Part shown: one piece after another, positions 30,027 to 39,539 of the stretch
How the letters are laid out: the number at the start of each line of letters is the position of its first letter
How positions within the stretch are numbered: position 1 is the first letter of the stretch
Source of the DNA: Candidatus Parcubacteria bacterium
Lineage (GTDB): Bacteria > Patescibacteriota > Saccharimonadia > Saccharimonadales > 2-12-FULL-41-12
DNA: 61,524 nt
NCBI GenBank assembly: GCA_019347895.1
Contig: JAHWKM010000004.1
Span: 1 to 61,524 of the forward strand
Reading direction: 5' to 3'
Program-made: the position numbers and the translations under genes
The notes under the pieces: model-generated
Database searches by the model: none
What the model saw: the letters and a program-made list of their open reading frames with translations, nothing else
What the model was told of the DNA's origin: nothing

Positions 30027-30044
30027 GTACTAGTATACTAGTAT
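30027..30044. promoter_or_regulatory. TrpR operator overlapping the -10
   Basis: GTACTAGTATACTAGTAT vs consensus GTACTAGTTAACTAGTAC; TTGATA-17-TAGTAT, ATG 6 nt downstream. Confidence 0.85.
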
Positions 30045-30050
30045 GATGAT

Positions 30051-30338
30051 ATGTCTGAATCATTCAAGAATAAGAAAGATAGCAGCGGGTTTAATGAATT
30101 TGTTGATTTGGTATTAGCTATCAAGGACAGGGAACTGTTGGAAGATTTTTTGCTGGGTATTACCACTGAAGCAGAACGGGTAGCAATAGCCCACCGGCTG
30201 CAAATTATAAAAAAACTCCTGGACGATAAAACCCAATACGAAATTGCCGAGGAGATGGGTGTCGGCGTGGCTACCGTTACCCGCGGAGCGAAAGAGTTAG
30301 CTCAAGGCCGATTCAAGGTTTTACGAAGGCAAAAATGA
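30051..30338 (+). CDS. trpR: Trp repressor family regulator
   Basis: T.AER.AI..R, TQYEIAEEMGVGVATVTRG. Confidence 0.85.
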   Translation: MSESFKNKKDSSGFNEFVDLVLAIKDRELLEDFLLGITTEAERVAIAHRLQIIKKLLDDKTQYEIAEEMGVGVATVTRGAKELAQGRFKVLRRQK

Positions 30339-31552
30339 GCGAATCGGGTTTTTTTGGAGCCAATAAGTACGGCGGAAGATACGTTCCTGAGATGCTTCAG
30401 GGCGAGCTGGCTAGCTTGGCAAAAGCATATGACCAACTCAAAAATGATCTGGCATTTCAAGCCGAGCTTGAACAACTGCATACTAATTATAATAGCCGGC
30501 CAACTCCATTAGTACTGGCCAAAAACTTGAGCGAATCTATCGGCGGGGCCCAAATTTATCTAAAAAATGAAGGCTTAAACCACACGGGAGCGCATAAAAT
30601 AAACCATTGCCTGGGACAGGCGCTGGTAGCCAAAAAAATGGGCAAAAAGCGCTTGATTGCCGAAACCGGAGCCGGCCAGCACGGCTTGGCGACGGCTACG
30701 GTGGCCGCCAAGTTCGGCCTGGAATGCACAGTTTACATGGGCGAGATTGACGTGGCCCGCCAGCAACCCAACGTTATTTTAATGGAACTTTTAGGTGCTA
30801 AAGTTGTGCCGATTACACACGGTTCAAAAACCCTCAAAGACGCTGTCAGCGGTGCGATTCGTGATTGGTTGCAAAACAGCGATGACACGCATTATGTCAT
30901 CGGTTCTTGTCTGGGGCCAGACCCTTATCCGCGTATGAACCGGGATTTTCAGGCAATTATTGGACGGGAAATAAGGCAGCAGTTGGGTAAAAATCCGGAT
31001 TGCATTATTGCCTGCGTGGGCGGTGGCAGCAACGCCCTCGGCGCATTCACGGCCTTTTTGAACCAACACGCAGTAAAACTTATCGGCGTGGAAGCCGGCG
31101 GCAAATCACCGGCTAATGGCCAGCATGCCGCCAGATTTCCGGACGCTAAAATCGGGATAATGGAGGGGTATAAATCCTATTTTCTGCAAGACGAAGATGG
31201 TAATAGCGCCCTAACTCACAGTGTGGCGGCCGGGCTGGACTACATAGGCATAGGCCCCGAGCTGGCTGAGCTTCATGATAGCGGCCGGGTGGAATTCGTC
31301 CGGGCCAGCGATAAAGAATCCTTAAAAGCGGTAGAACTTTTGGCCAAAACCGAGGGAATTATTCCGGCGCTGGAGTCAGCCCATGCGGTAGCTGAAGCCG
31401 TGAAAAGGGCAAAAATTATGAAATCCGAAGATGCAATAGTCGTGAACGTATCCGGCCGCGGCGATAAGGATATATTTACCTTAGCCAGGCACTTTTCACC
31501 AAAAGATTTTAAAGCATTTTTGCAACGGGAATTGGCAAGTTATGATATTTGA
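30335..31552 (+). CDS. trpB: Tryptophan synthase beta chain
   Basis: LNHTGAHKIN, AETGAGQHG, GGGSNA, IPALESAHA, SGRGDKD. Confidence 0.97.
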   Translation: MSESGFFGANKYGGRYVPEMLQGELASLAKAYDQLKNDLAFQAELEQLHTNYNSRPTPLVLAKNLSESIGGAQIYLKNEGLNHTGAHKINHCLGQALVAKKMGKKRLIAETGAGQHGLATATVAAKFGLECTVYMGEIDVARQQPNVILMELLGAKVVPITHGSKTLKDAVSGAIRDWLQNSDDTHYVIGSCLGPDPYPRMNRDFQAIIGREIRQQLGKNPDCIIACVGGGSNALGAFTAFLNQHAVKLIGVEAGGKSPANGQHAARFPDAKIGIMEGYKSYFLQDEDGNSALTHSVAAGLDYIGIGPELAELHDSGRVEFVRASDKESLKAVELLAKTEGIIPALESAHAVAEAVKRAKIMKSEDAIVVNVSGRGDKDIFTLARHFSPKDFKAFLQRELASYDI

Positions 31553-31556
31553 ATCT

Positions 31557-31653
31557 AGCTACAATCTAAGCGATTTTCGGCGACTCTTTACAGGTGAGCT
31601 GAAAGCTCAGCCTGTGGCGTTTGCAATCACCAAAAATCGCTTAGATTGTAGCT
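31557..31653. mobile_element. MITE-like element between trpB and trpA
   Basis: 21-bp perfect TIR AGCTACAATCTAAGCGATTTT; 40-aa ORF 31542-31664 spans it. Confidence 0.75.
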
Positions 31654-31667
31654 TAAAGGTGTAATCT

Positions 31668-32399
31668 ATGAATAAAATTATGACCCATGTGGTGGCTGGT
31701 TACCCTGATAAGGATCAGTGTGTTGAGTTGATGCGGGGTATGGAGAGGGCTGGCGCCAGCATGATTGAAGTGCAGATTCCGTTTTCGGACCCGATTGCCG
31801 ACGGTGAGACGATAATGCGGGCCAACGACATAGCGCTCAGGCAGGGGATGACGGCCGAGGCAAGTTTTGCTCTGATCACCCAAGCCGCCTTGGCGATAGA
31901 TGTTTATGTAATGAGCTATTTTCAAAAGGTCCAGCATTTTGGTATAGATAAATTTTGTGCAGCCGCCGCCCGCTCTGGAGCCGCAGGTCTGATTATTCCC
32001 GATTTGCCTTTCGATGCTCCAGAATTTGAAGAGTTTTTAGAATGTGCCCGGCATTATAAATTATCCGTAATTCCCGTAATTTCACCGGGCACGAATCTTC
32101 AACGGGTAAGGAAGGCTTTGGCAAATGCCGACGAGATGGTTTATCTAACAAGCATTAAGGGTATCACAGGCAAAGGTTTGCGGGCCGACAAGAATCTGGG
32201 AGATACGGCTAAAAAGATTAAAGAAATTAACCCAAATATACGACTGGCAGTCGGTTTCGGTATAACCGGCAGCAAAGATTTAGATAACGTTTTAAAATTG
32301 GCTGATATCGCCGTGGTCGGCAGCGCCGTGATCAAAAAGATTAATCAATCTGGCATAAAAGCAGCCCTAGAATTTGTTGAACGGCTAGCTTCAAATTAA
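31668..32399 (+). CDS. trpA: Tryptophan synthase alpha chain
   Basis: AGYPD, IPFSDPIADG, IPDLP, GITG, VGFGI, VGSA. Confidence 0.95.
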   Translation: MNKIMTHVVAGYPDKDQCVELMRGMERAGASMIEVQIPFSDPIADGETIMRANDIALRQGMTAEASFALITQAALAIDVYVMSYFQKVQHFGIDKFCAAAARSGAAGLIIPDLPFDAPEFEEFLECARHYKLSVIPVISPGTNLQRVRKALANADEMVYLTSIKGITGKGLRADKNLGDTAKKIKEINPNIRLAVGFGITGSKDLDNVLKLADIAVVGSAVIKKINQSGIKAALEFVERLASN

Positions 32400-33227
32400 T
32401 TAAGTTTCCGACAATATTATTTGAAGCGTGCTAGGCTCGGGCGATCCCGGTAATTGAGCTATAGCCTGTTCGATAGTTTCAGGTAAAACTTCAATTGGTA
32501 CGGCGTAGGGGCTATGATTGTCTGGAGGATAATCGGCTGTACTTTTACCGTCGGGTGTTAAGCCAACGCGCTGTTCTAAATCATAAGTATAGCCTGCAGC
32601 GTTTAAAAGCGGCTTATCATTCAATGCTTCAACAACCGCTCTGTCTACGGCTTCTAATCCAGCGGTTACCGCAGCTTCTTCGTGCTGTGCTACTGCACCG
32701 CGATTTTCAGCCAAATTTTTTTCGTATTCGGCATATATACGCTTCATGCCTCCGCTGTTTAGTTTAGTATCTCTGGTCGCCTCAATGGTATATTCGAGAG
32801 CCGCGACTGTAGCTTTGCGAGAACCAGGAGAAGAAAAATGAACGGTAGAACTGCTGCCTCCACCTTTAGATCGGGTTGTTTCAACTATAGGAGGAACCGC
32901 CTTGTCTAAACTATCTTCTCTCCCTAGTAAGAGTCGCAACTTACGTACTTCCTCGGTGCTGATAGGAGCAGCTTTGGCTACACCTAGAGGAGAATATTGA
33001 GCGTCTTCAACAATACCTTGTAAATCTCTTTGATGTTGCTTTACTCCGTTTACTTTATCTTTAAGGGCCGGCTTGTCTCTTAGCTCGTAAAAACCAGCTT
33101 CACGGACAAGCTCAGCCCCTGGAACAACAACAGCTGCCGCTAAAAGCGCCACGCCAACTCTTCGCGCATTTCCAAGATCGCCTAATCGGTTACCATTTGA
33201 CGGCCTTAGTTTGTTAGGATTTGTCAT
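32400..33227 (-). CDS. Orphan protein with N-terminal TM/signal
   Basis: 275-aa ORF; hydrophobic VGVALLAAAVVV. Confidence 0.65.
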   Translation of the reverse strand: MTNPNKLRPSNGNRLGDLGNARRVGVALLAAAVVVPGAELVREAGFYELRDKPALKDKVNGVKQHQRDLQGIVEDAQYSPLGVAKAAPISTEEVRKLRLLLGREDSLDKAVPPIVETTRSKGGGSSSTVHFSSPGSRKATVAALEYTIEATRDTKLNSGGMKRIYAEYEKNLAENRGAVAQHEEAAVTAGLEAVDRAVVEALNDKPLLNAAGYTYDLEQRVGLTPDGKSTADYPPDNHSPYAVPIEVLPETIEQAIAQLPGSPEPSTLQIILSET

Positions 33228-33249
33228 AATATTTTTATATATTACTATA

Positions 33250-34056
33250 CTATTGCAAGTTCGTCAAGGCTCGGACGGTATTTCGAATATCGTGGACGCG
33301 GACGATAGCGGCGCCGGACTTGGCGGCTAAAACTGCTATTTCAATTGAACCGCTAACCCTTTTTTTAGGGTCGGGTTCGTTCATCATCTCGCCGATGAAA
33401 CGCTTGCGGCTACCGCCGATTAGAACCGGCAAGCCATGGCTGTAGTCCTTGATTTTTCTTATTAATTTTAAATTGGCTTCCACGTTTCCGCCGGGCAGGG
33501 CTTTGAAATCTTGAGTGGGCAGATCACCGAAGCCCAAGCCGGGATCCAAAATAATCTGATGGTTTTTTATCCCAGCTTGATTAGCTTGGGCCACTAGTTG
33601 GAGAAATTGGCCCCTACAGCTTTCTACAATGTTCGGTTGAAGTGCTCGATGCCGCATAATCACAACGGGGCAACTAAATTTCACTGCAATTTTTGCCATC
33701 TTCGGGTCGCTGAGGCCGCTAACGTCATTTATGATATTTGCTCCGGCCTTCAGGGCAGCTTCCGCAACCTGGGATTTTTGAGTGTCAATGCTAATGGGTA
33801 TGGTGGGATTTTGCAGGCGAACCGCTTCGATAACCGGTTTGACGCGGGCTATCTCTTCTTCGGCACTGACAGAGTGGAATCCGGGCCGGGTTGATTCGCC
33901 GCCAATATCGATGATATCTGCGCCGTCTTGGATAATTTGCCCGATCCGCCTATCCAAGGCCCTTTGATCAGATAATTCGCCTCCGTCGCTAAAAGAATCC
34001 GGTGTAGCGTTTAAAATTGCCATGACCATAGTTTTTTTACTCAACCTAAGCCTCAT
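33250..34056 (-). CDS. folP: Dihydropteroate synthase
   Basis: ILNATPDSFSDGG, DIGGESTRPG, DPGLGF, SRKRF, RVHD. Confidence 0.96.
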   Translation of the reverse strand: MRLRLSKKTMVMAILNATPDSFSDGGELSDQRALDRRIGQIIQDGADIIDIGGESTRPGFHSVSAEEEIARVKPVIEAVRLQNPTIPISIDTQKSQVAEAALKAGANIINDVSGLSDPKMAKIAVKFSCPVVIMRHRALQPNIVESCRGQFLQLVAQANQAGIKNHQIILDPGLGFGDLPTQDFKALPGGNVEANLKLIRKIKDYSHGLPVLIGGSRKRFIGEMMNEPDPKKRVSGSIEIAVLAAKSGAAIVRVHDIRNTVRALTNLQ

Positions 34057-34525
34057 ACAAAGCAATTCCTGATTTGTCGACGCTGTCCGCTAATTCGCTA
34101 ATGGATTTTTTCAAAACCGGATGAATAAAATCATTGGCAATTTCCTCCAGCGGTACTAGCACGAACGCCCGCTCGTGCATATGCGGGTGGGGTATTTTTA
34201 GACCTTTAAGTTCTATATGCGCGCGTCCGTAAAATAGTATGTCAATGTCAATTTCCCGAGGGCCCCATTTCTTGCCGGGAGACCGGCCGCAGGCCGCTTC
34301 AACATTTTTAATAAAAACTAAAAGCTCCGGGGCCGATAATTCGGTCTCGCCTTTCAGGCAAAGGTTCAAAAACTTGGGCTGGTCTGTATTGCCCCAAGGC
34401 GCGGTTTCATACAAATTTGACCGGCCCGTAATTTTTATCCGGCCACCAAGCAACCGGGCAGCCCGCTCTATAAACTCCGTCCGGTTGCCGATGTTTGATC
34501 CCAAACTCAAAAATACTTCTGTCAT
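34046..34525 (-). CDS. folK: HPPK (dihydropterin pyrophosphokinase)
   Basis: LSLGSNIG, FLN, WGPREIDIDIL, PHP..HERAFVL. Confidence 0.96.
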   Translation of the reverse strand: MTEVFLSLGSNIGNRTEFIERAARLLGGRIKITGRSNLYETAPWGNTDQPKFLNLCLKGETELSAPELLVFIKNVEAACGRSPGKKWGPREIDIDILFYGRAHIELKGLKIPHPHMHERAFVLVPLEEIANDFIHPVLKKSISELADSVDKSGIALYEA

Positions 34526-34634
34526 AACTATCACTATAAACTATTTTCGATAATGTTAACCCTTGTGCTTTATACAAAGCTTGCAAATTTAGCCAGGATA
34601 CTGTACAGTTGGATTATTATTTAGGAGTTTCATC

Positions 34635-35078
34635 ATGGGTTTGTTCGACCGGTTTAGAAAAAAAGACGACAGCGTACTTCCCAGCGAAGTGGACGAGTAT
34701 TATAAAACGGAATTAAAAAACCGCCGCAGTTCCTCGGTTTTCATGGCTTTATTGGCTCTGATCATTACCTTAATAATTGCGGCCGGGCTGTTTTACGGCA
34801 TCAGGACAATTTATAGGACCTTGAATAAGGAAGATTCGAACACTACCACCCAGCAAACCGGCAAAGAAGGAGCCGATCAGGCAGAAGACGGTAAGCCTGA
34901 GCCGACGCCGGGATCACAAGGTACGGATTCCAACGGCGCGCAAGATGAGTCAGCCGACTCGCCGGCTGCTAACGGCGAAGATCAAACCCGCGATGAAAAT
35001 GGCACGCCGCCAGCCGGCGATGTTCCTGCTACCGGCGACTCCTCAGAATCTCTGCCGTCTACCGGTGACGGCCGGTAA
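34635..35078 (+). CDS. Single-TM protein with low-complexity tail ending in repeated PxTG
   Basis: SD AGGAG; VPATGD and LPSTGD at the C-terminus. Confidence 0.7.
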   Translation: MGLFDRFRKKDDSVLPSEVDEYYKTELKNRRSSSVFMALLALIITLIIAAGLFYGIRTIYRTLNKEDSNTTTQQTGKEGADQAEDGKPEPTPGSQGTDSNGAQDESADSPAANGEDQTRDENGTPPAGDVPATGDSSESLPSTGDGR

Positions 35079-35082
35079 TCTT

Positions 35083-35583
35083 TTAAGTTTCGCTGGTTTT
35101 ACTGGAGAAATAATTTATTTCGTTGACGATATTTAACAGGGCTTCGGCCTTGGCTTTCTTATCTTCTATGCCATTAGCCGCTTCAAAGGCCTGTTTTATC
35201 AAGCTTTTGTCATCCGAGGCCTGAATCAGCATCATCAGCGTTCGATATTTTTCTTCCGGCGGCTGGTCCAGGTCGCCGATTATAGGAGTTAGCTGGCTTA
35301 GAGCTTGCTCTTTGATCTGACTTAACTCGTCACTGCTTATTGGCTGGTCGGCTTTAGCTGCGTCATCATCCACGGGCATCGTCAGGGGCGGGGAAGCCGG
35401 GTCGCTGGTGGCGGCATTTTGATCTTGAATATTGTCCGCCGGCGGGCTGCTCAAGGGGTCAGAGCCCAGCGAATAAGCAGAAGTTGGCTGCTGGCCTGAT
35501 GGAGCCGATGGAGCGGACTCCTCATCCGGCGTTTGCGATATTAAATTATCTACGGATTGGCTTATTTGTTGGTCGTCTGGCAT
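35083..35583 (-). CDS. Conserved hypothetical protein (disordered N-terminus, helical C-terminus)
   Basis: ALSQL.P, PEEKYRTLMMLIQASD, EINYF. Confidence 0.7.
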   Translation of the reverse strand: MPDDQQISQSVDNLISQTPDEESAPSAPSGQQPTSAYSLGSDPLSSPPADNIQDQNAATSDPASPPLTMPVDDDAAKADQPISSDELSQIKEQALSQLTPIIGDLDQPPEEKYRTLMMLIQASDDKSLIKQAFEAANGIEDKKAKAEALLNIVNEINYFSSKTSET

Positions 35584-35689
35584 TCCACCCCCTATTCCCG
35601 CCCGAGCCGGAAATTTTTTATTTCATTACTTTAATTTACAATTAAAAGGTTAGCAAAATTTTACCATAAACAAAAGCGGTATACCAATA

Positions 35690-36742
35690 ATGAAGGAGGG
35701 GATCTTGTCAGTATTAGATAATTTAAAAATGGTCCACGAGCGGGACGCCCAGGATGCCTTAGGCATTGCCCAAAAACAAGCCGGCTATTTAAAGCACAGC
35801 TTCAACGTCGAATTAGCCATGGACGGGCCAATTAAAAATGTGGTGCTGGCGGGCATGGGCGGTTCGGCTCTGCCGGGAGCGTTCATCTCCAGCTGGCCGG
35901 GGTTAAACGTGCCGTTTGAAATTGTCCGCAATTACAATCTGCCCCCGTACGTAGGGCCGGAAACACTGGTAATATCCTCCAGCTACTCCGGCAATACGGA
36001 AGAATCTTTGAGCACTTTAAAAGAGGCGAAGGCTCGAAACGCCCAGATGATAATCATAGCCGCCGGCGGCCAGCTGGCCGCCCAGGCCAAAGAGGGCGGC
36101 TACCCGTTTTACGAAGTTCCCGGCGGTATCCAGCCGCGGATGTCGACGTTTTATTTCCTAAAAGCTTTCATTGATATTTTTGAAACCATGGGCCTAGCTC
36201 AAAAGGGCAGCTTGGAAGAACTCGATAAGTCGGGCGTGTGGCTCGAGAGCCAAGTAAGCGCCTGGCTGGCGGACGTTCCTACCGATAAAAATCAAGCTAA
36301 ACAGCTCGCGTTGGAACTGGTCGGCAAAAGTATCGTTATGTATTCCGGCCCCAAACTGTATCCGGCCGCCAATAAATGGAAAATTTGTTTTAATGAAAAC
36401 GCTAAGAATGTGGCCTGGAGCAACCAGTATCCGGAATTTAACCATAATGAATTTTTGGGCTGGACCTCTCACCCGGTAGACAAACCTTACGCGGTGGTGG
36501 AGCTGCGCAGCCAGCTGGAACATCCTCGGACGCAAAAACGCTTTGAAGTATCCGAGCGATTGCTCTCAGGCAAGCGGCCCAGCCCGGAAGTTGTGCGGGT
36601 GCAGGGCGAAACGCTGCTCCAGCAACTGCTGTGGGCGGCTAACTTGGGCGATTTCGTCAGTCTTTATTTGGCGCTGCTTAACGGGCTTAACCCGACGCCG
36701 GTTGATCTGATAGAAAAACTAAAGGCAGAATTGAATAAATGA
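35690..36742 (+). CDS. Bifunctional phosphoglucose/phosphomannose isomerase
   Basis: GMGGS, SYSGNTEE, QPR, NENAK, PEFNHNE. Confidence 0.93.
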   Translation: MKEGILSVLDNLKMVHERDAQDALGIAQKQAGYLKHSFNVELAMDGPIKNVVLAGMGGSALPGAFISSWPGLNVPFEIVRNYNLPPYVGPETLVISSSYSGNTEESLSTLKEAKARNAQMIIIAAGGQLAAQAKEGGYPFYEVPGGIQPRMSTFYFLKAFIDIFETMGLAQKGSLEELDKSGVWLESQVSAWLADVPTDKNQAKQLALELVGKSIVMYSGPKLYPAANKWKICFNENAKNVAWSNQYPEFNHNEFLGWTSHPVDKPYAVVELRSQLEHPRTQKRFEVSERLLSGKRPSPEVVRVQGETLLQQLLWAANLGDFVSLYLALLNGLNPTPVDLIEKLKAELNK

Positions 36743-37422
36743 AAAAACGGGGACCAACTGTACAGAAGGCTAGTCCCCTGCGATTTTTAGTAAGCCTGGG
36801 CGGTCTAAGCGCGGTCTGTCTGGTCCTACTGTTTGGCCGGATTATCGTGACTGATAGTTCGCGCTACATTTTTCTGCTTTGGAACTTGGCCCTGGCTATT
36901 ATTCCGGCAATTTTGGCTTGGACGTTAGTGTTGCGGGTGCGCAGGCACGGCTGGCTTGGCTGGCAGCAAATAGGCTTGGCGTTGTTATGGCTTAGTTTCC
37001 TGCCCAATAGTTTTTATATGATTACTGATTTTGTTCACCTGCGGCCCAACTATGAAGCCGAACTGATGTTCGACATCGTGCTGCTGAGCAGTTTTTTACT
37101 CGCCGGGCTGGTTTATGGATTTTTGAGCGTCTACCTGGTGCACAATCAGCTTCTCGATAGATTTAAGGCCAACAAAGCCCTGCTGCTGCTGGCCTTCATC
37201 TTTCTGCTAAGCAGCTTTGCGGTCTATCTAGGGAGGTTCAGCCGCTATAACAGCTGGGATGTACTGCTGCGCCCAGCCGGCTTGCTGTTTGACGTCAGTG
37301 AAAGATTTGTTAACCCCGGAGCCCATTCACAAACATACCTAACAACTCTGATTTTCTTTTTGCTGCTGTTTAGTCTCTATTTAGTAGTATGGGAAGCTAC
37401 CCGTCTGATAAAATCCCGATAA
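36739..37422 (+). CDS. DUF1361 family membrane protein
   Basis: WNL.LA.IP, FLPNSFY.ITDF.HL, YLGRF.RYNSWD. Confidence 0.88.
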   Translation: MKKRGPTVQKASPLRFLVSLGGLSAVCLVLLFGRIIVTDSSRYIFLLWNLALAIIPAILAWTLVLRVRRHGWLGWQQIGLALLWLSFLPNSFYMITDFVHLRPNYEAELMFDIVLLSSFLLAGLVYGFLSVYLVHNQLLDRFKANKALLLLAFIFLLSSFAVYLGRFSRYNSWDVLLRPAGLLFDVSERFVNPGAHSQTYLTTLIFFLLLFSLYLVVWEATRLIKSR

Positions 37423-37460
37423 TTTGCAAAAATGAATAAGCATGTTATAGTTGTTAAACA

Positions 37461-37594
37461 ATGAATAAACTGCAATTACAAACAGCACAAAGCCGCCGCA
37501 GCTCACGTACACCCGGGAGTTGTCCTTGTAATTGTTAAAAAATAAATAATTAAGTTCCCAGACAGCTCCCTCAACAACAGGGAGCTTTTTATTT
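37461..37594 (+). promoter_or_regulatory. Leader peptide (25 aa) and transcription attenuator
   Basis: MNKLQLQTAQSRRSSRTPGSCPCNC* (37461-37538); antiterminator 37515-37524/37561-37570; terminator AGCTCCCT..AGGGAGCT-TTTT. Confidence 0.7.
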
Positions 37595-37830
37595 AACTTT
37601 TTACTTTTATGAACTATACATTTATCAAATTTGATTCCACCAATCCAGAGCACCGCGAAGCCGCAAGTTCAATCGCAGCTTGGTCCGCCGAATCAAGTAC
37701 AAAGCGTTTCGAAGGCCAAGGTTACTCAGGGGCGGGGGAAAGGCAACCGCCATCCCCAACTGGCTGCGACACTATAGTAAGTTTCCAAATCCAATAAATA
37801 TTTAAGCTTATGACTGATATACTAAAACCA

Positions 37831-39534
37831 ATGAATAAGGGGTTAGCTAGTCAGATTAATTTGATTTGCAGGCAGTTATTTGAGGTGGAGGCAGAGGTAG
37901 TTTTGAGCCGGCCGGATGAGCAGTTTGGGGATTTTTCCTGTAATGTAGCTATGCAGCTGGCTGGGAAATTGAGTAAAAATCCGAGGGAAATCGCTGAGTC
38001 TATTGCCGCTGAGCTGAACAAAAAAGATGTTTCGGCTGAAATTGCTGGTCCCGGTTTCATCAACATTCGTTTGAGTGATCAAGCGGTTTTTGAAGCTGCG
38101 CAGGAGGCTACGAAACTTGATCAGCCGCTAAAAAAACAAGCGGTGGTGGCAGAATATTCCGATCCGAATCCGTTCAAGGTTTTACACGCCGGCCATTTGT
38201 ATACAAGCTTTATCGGTGATGCCATTTCGAATATTTTGGAAACCGCCGGCGCCAAAGTGCATAGGGTAAATTACGGCGGAGATGTGGGTCTTCATGTAGC
38301 CAAAACTATGTGGGGCATATTGAATCATGCCGGATCAGGCCAATTAAACGAACAGCAGGCAGTTAGGAATATAAATAGCATATCGGGAAACACACTGGCT
38401 GAGAGAGCCGCAATAATGGCTATTCGGTATATCGAGGGCAACAGGGCCTACGAAGAAAATCCAGAAGCCAAAGCCGATATTGCTAAAATTAATGCCAGGG
38501 TTTACGAGCTTCATGATAAAAATGATAGAGATAGTGACTTCGCACAAGTTTATTGGACTTGCAGAGATTGGAGCTATGATTATTTTAAAGAGTTCTATAA
38601 AGAAATTGGCGTAAAAGAATTTGAGAAATTTTACCCTGAAAGCCAAACCGTCTCTTTGGGAGTTTCCACGGTCAAAGCGCAAACCAAAAAAGGTGTTTAC
38701 GAGGAAAGTAATGGAGCTATTGTTTTTAAAGGTGAAAAATATGGGCTTCATACCCGGGTTTTTATAAATTCACAAGGACTTCCGACCTACGAAACAAAGG
38801 AAGTAGGCTTGATAATGACAAAATGGAACGAATATTCCTTCGACAAGTCAGTGATTATAACCGGGAACGACATTGTGGAATATATGAAGGTGGTTCAAAA
38901 AAGTATTGAACAGTTTGCTCCCGAACTGGTTAAAAAATCTGTCCATCTTACGCATGGGCAGGTAAAACTGGAAGGCGGCAAGAAGATGAGCAGCCGGAAG
39001 GGTAACGTTTTGTATGCTAATGATGTCATTGAAGCCGCCCAAAAAGCCAGTGAAGCTAACGGTCGCGGCGATAAGGATATAGTCATTGGGTCAGTGCGCT
39101 ATTCCTTTCTAAAAAACAGGGTCGGCGGAGATATCATATATGATCCGAAAGAGTCAGTTGCTCAGGAAGGTAACAGCGGACCGTATTTACAATATGCCTT
39201 GGTTCGAGCCAAAAGCATATTGCACAAATTGAAGGCTACAAATTCTAAATCTCAAATTCCTGACTCCAAATCCCTAGATAAATTTGAGCGGAGCTTGGCG
39301 CGGCAATTAAGTCTTTATCCGGAGGCATTTGATGCGGCACTAAAAGATTATTCACCGCACCATATTTGTTCGTATCTTTACGAATTGGCCCAAATTTTTA
39401 ACCGGTTTTATGAAAATAGCCGGGTAGCCGGCGATCCGCGAGAGAGCTTGCGCACAAATTTAGTTCAATCTTACGAGCGGGTCTTATCCCGTGGCCTTGA
39501 TTTACTCGGGATGCCGACCCCGGAGAAAATGTAA
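37831..39534 (+). CDS. argS: Arginyl-tRNA synthetase
   Basis: FGDFS.N, GPGFINI, PNPFK.LHAGH, KMSSRKG, GPYLQYA. Confidence 0.97.
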   Translation: MNKGLASQINLICRQLFEVEAEVVLSRPDEQFGDFSCNVAMQLAGKLSKNPREIAESIAAELNKKDVSAEIAGPGFINIRLSDQAVFEAAQEATKLDQPLKKQAVVAEYSDPNPFKVLHAGHLYTSFIGDAISNILETAGAKVHRVNYGGDVGLHVAKTMWGILNHAGSGQLNEQQAVRNINSISGNTLAERAAIMAIRYIEGNRAYEENPEAKADIAKINARVYELHDKNDRDSDFAQVYWTCRDWSYDYFKEFYKEIGVKEFEKFYPESQTVSLGVSTVKAQTKKGVYEESNGAIVFKGEKYGLHTRVFINSQGLPTYETKEVGLIMTKWNEYSFDKSVIITGNDIVEYMKVVQKSIEQFAPELVKKSVHLTHGQVKLEGGKKMSSRKGNVLYANDVIEAAQKASEANGRGDKDIVIGSVRYSFLKNRVGGDIIYDPKESVAQEGNSGPYLQYALVRAKSILHKLKATNSKSQIPDSKSLDKFERSLARQLSLYPEAFDAALKDYSPHHICSYLYELAQIFNRFYENSRVAGDPRESLRTNLVQSYERVLSRGLDLLGMPTPEKM

Positions 39535-39539
39535 ATAAG

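Noticed and set aside
37609..37797. 62-aa ORF as a functional gene
   Set aside because: No recognisable motif; may be a remnant
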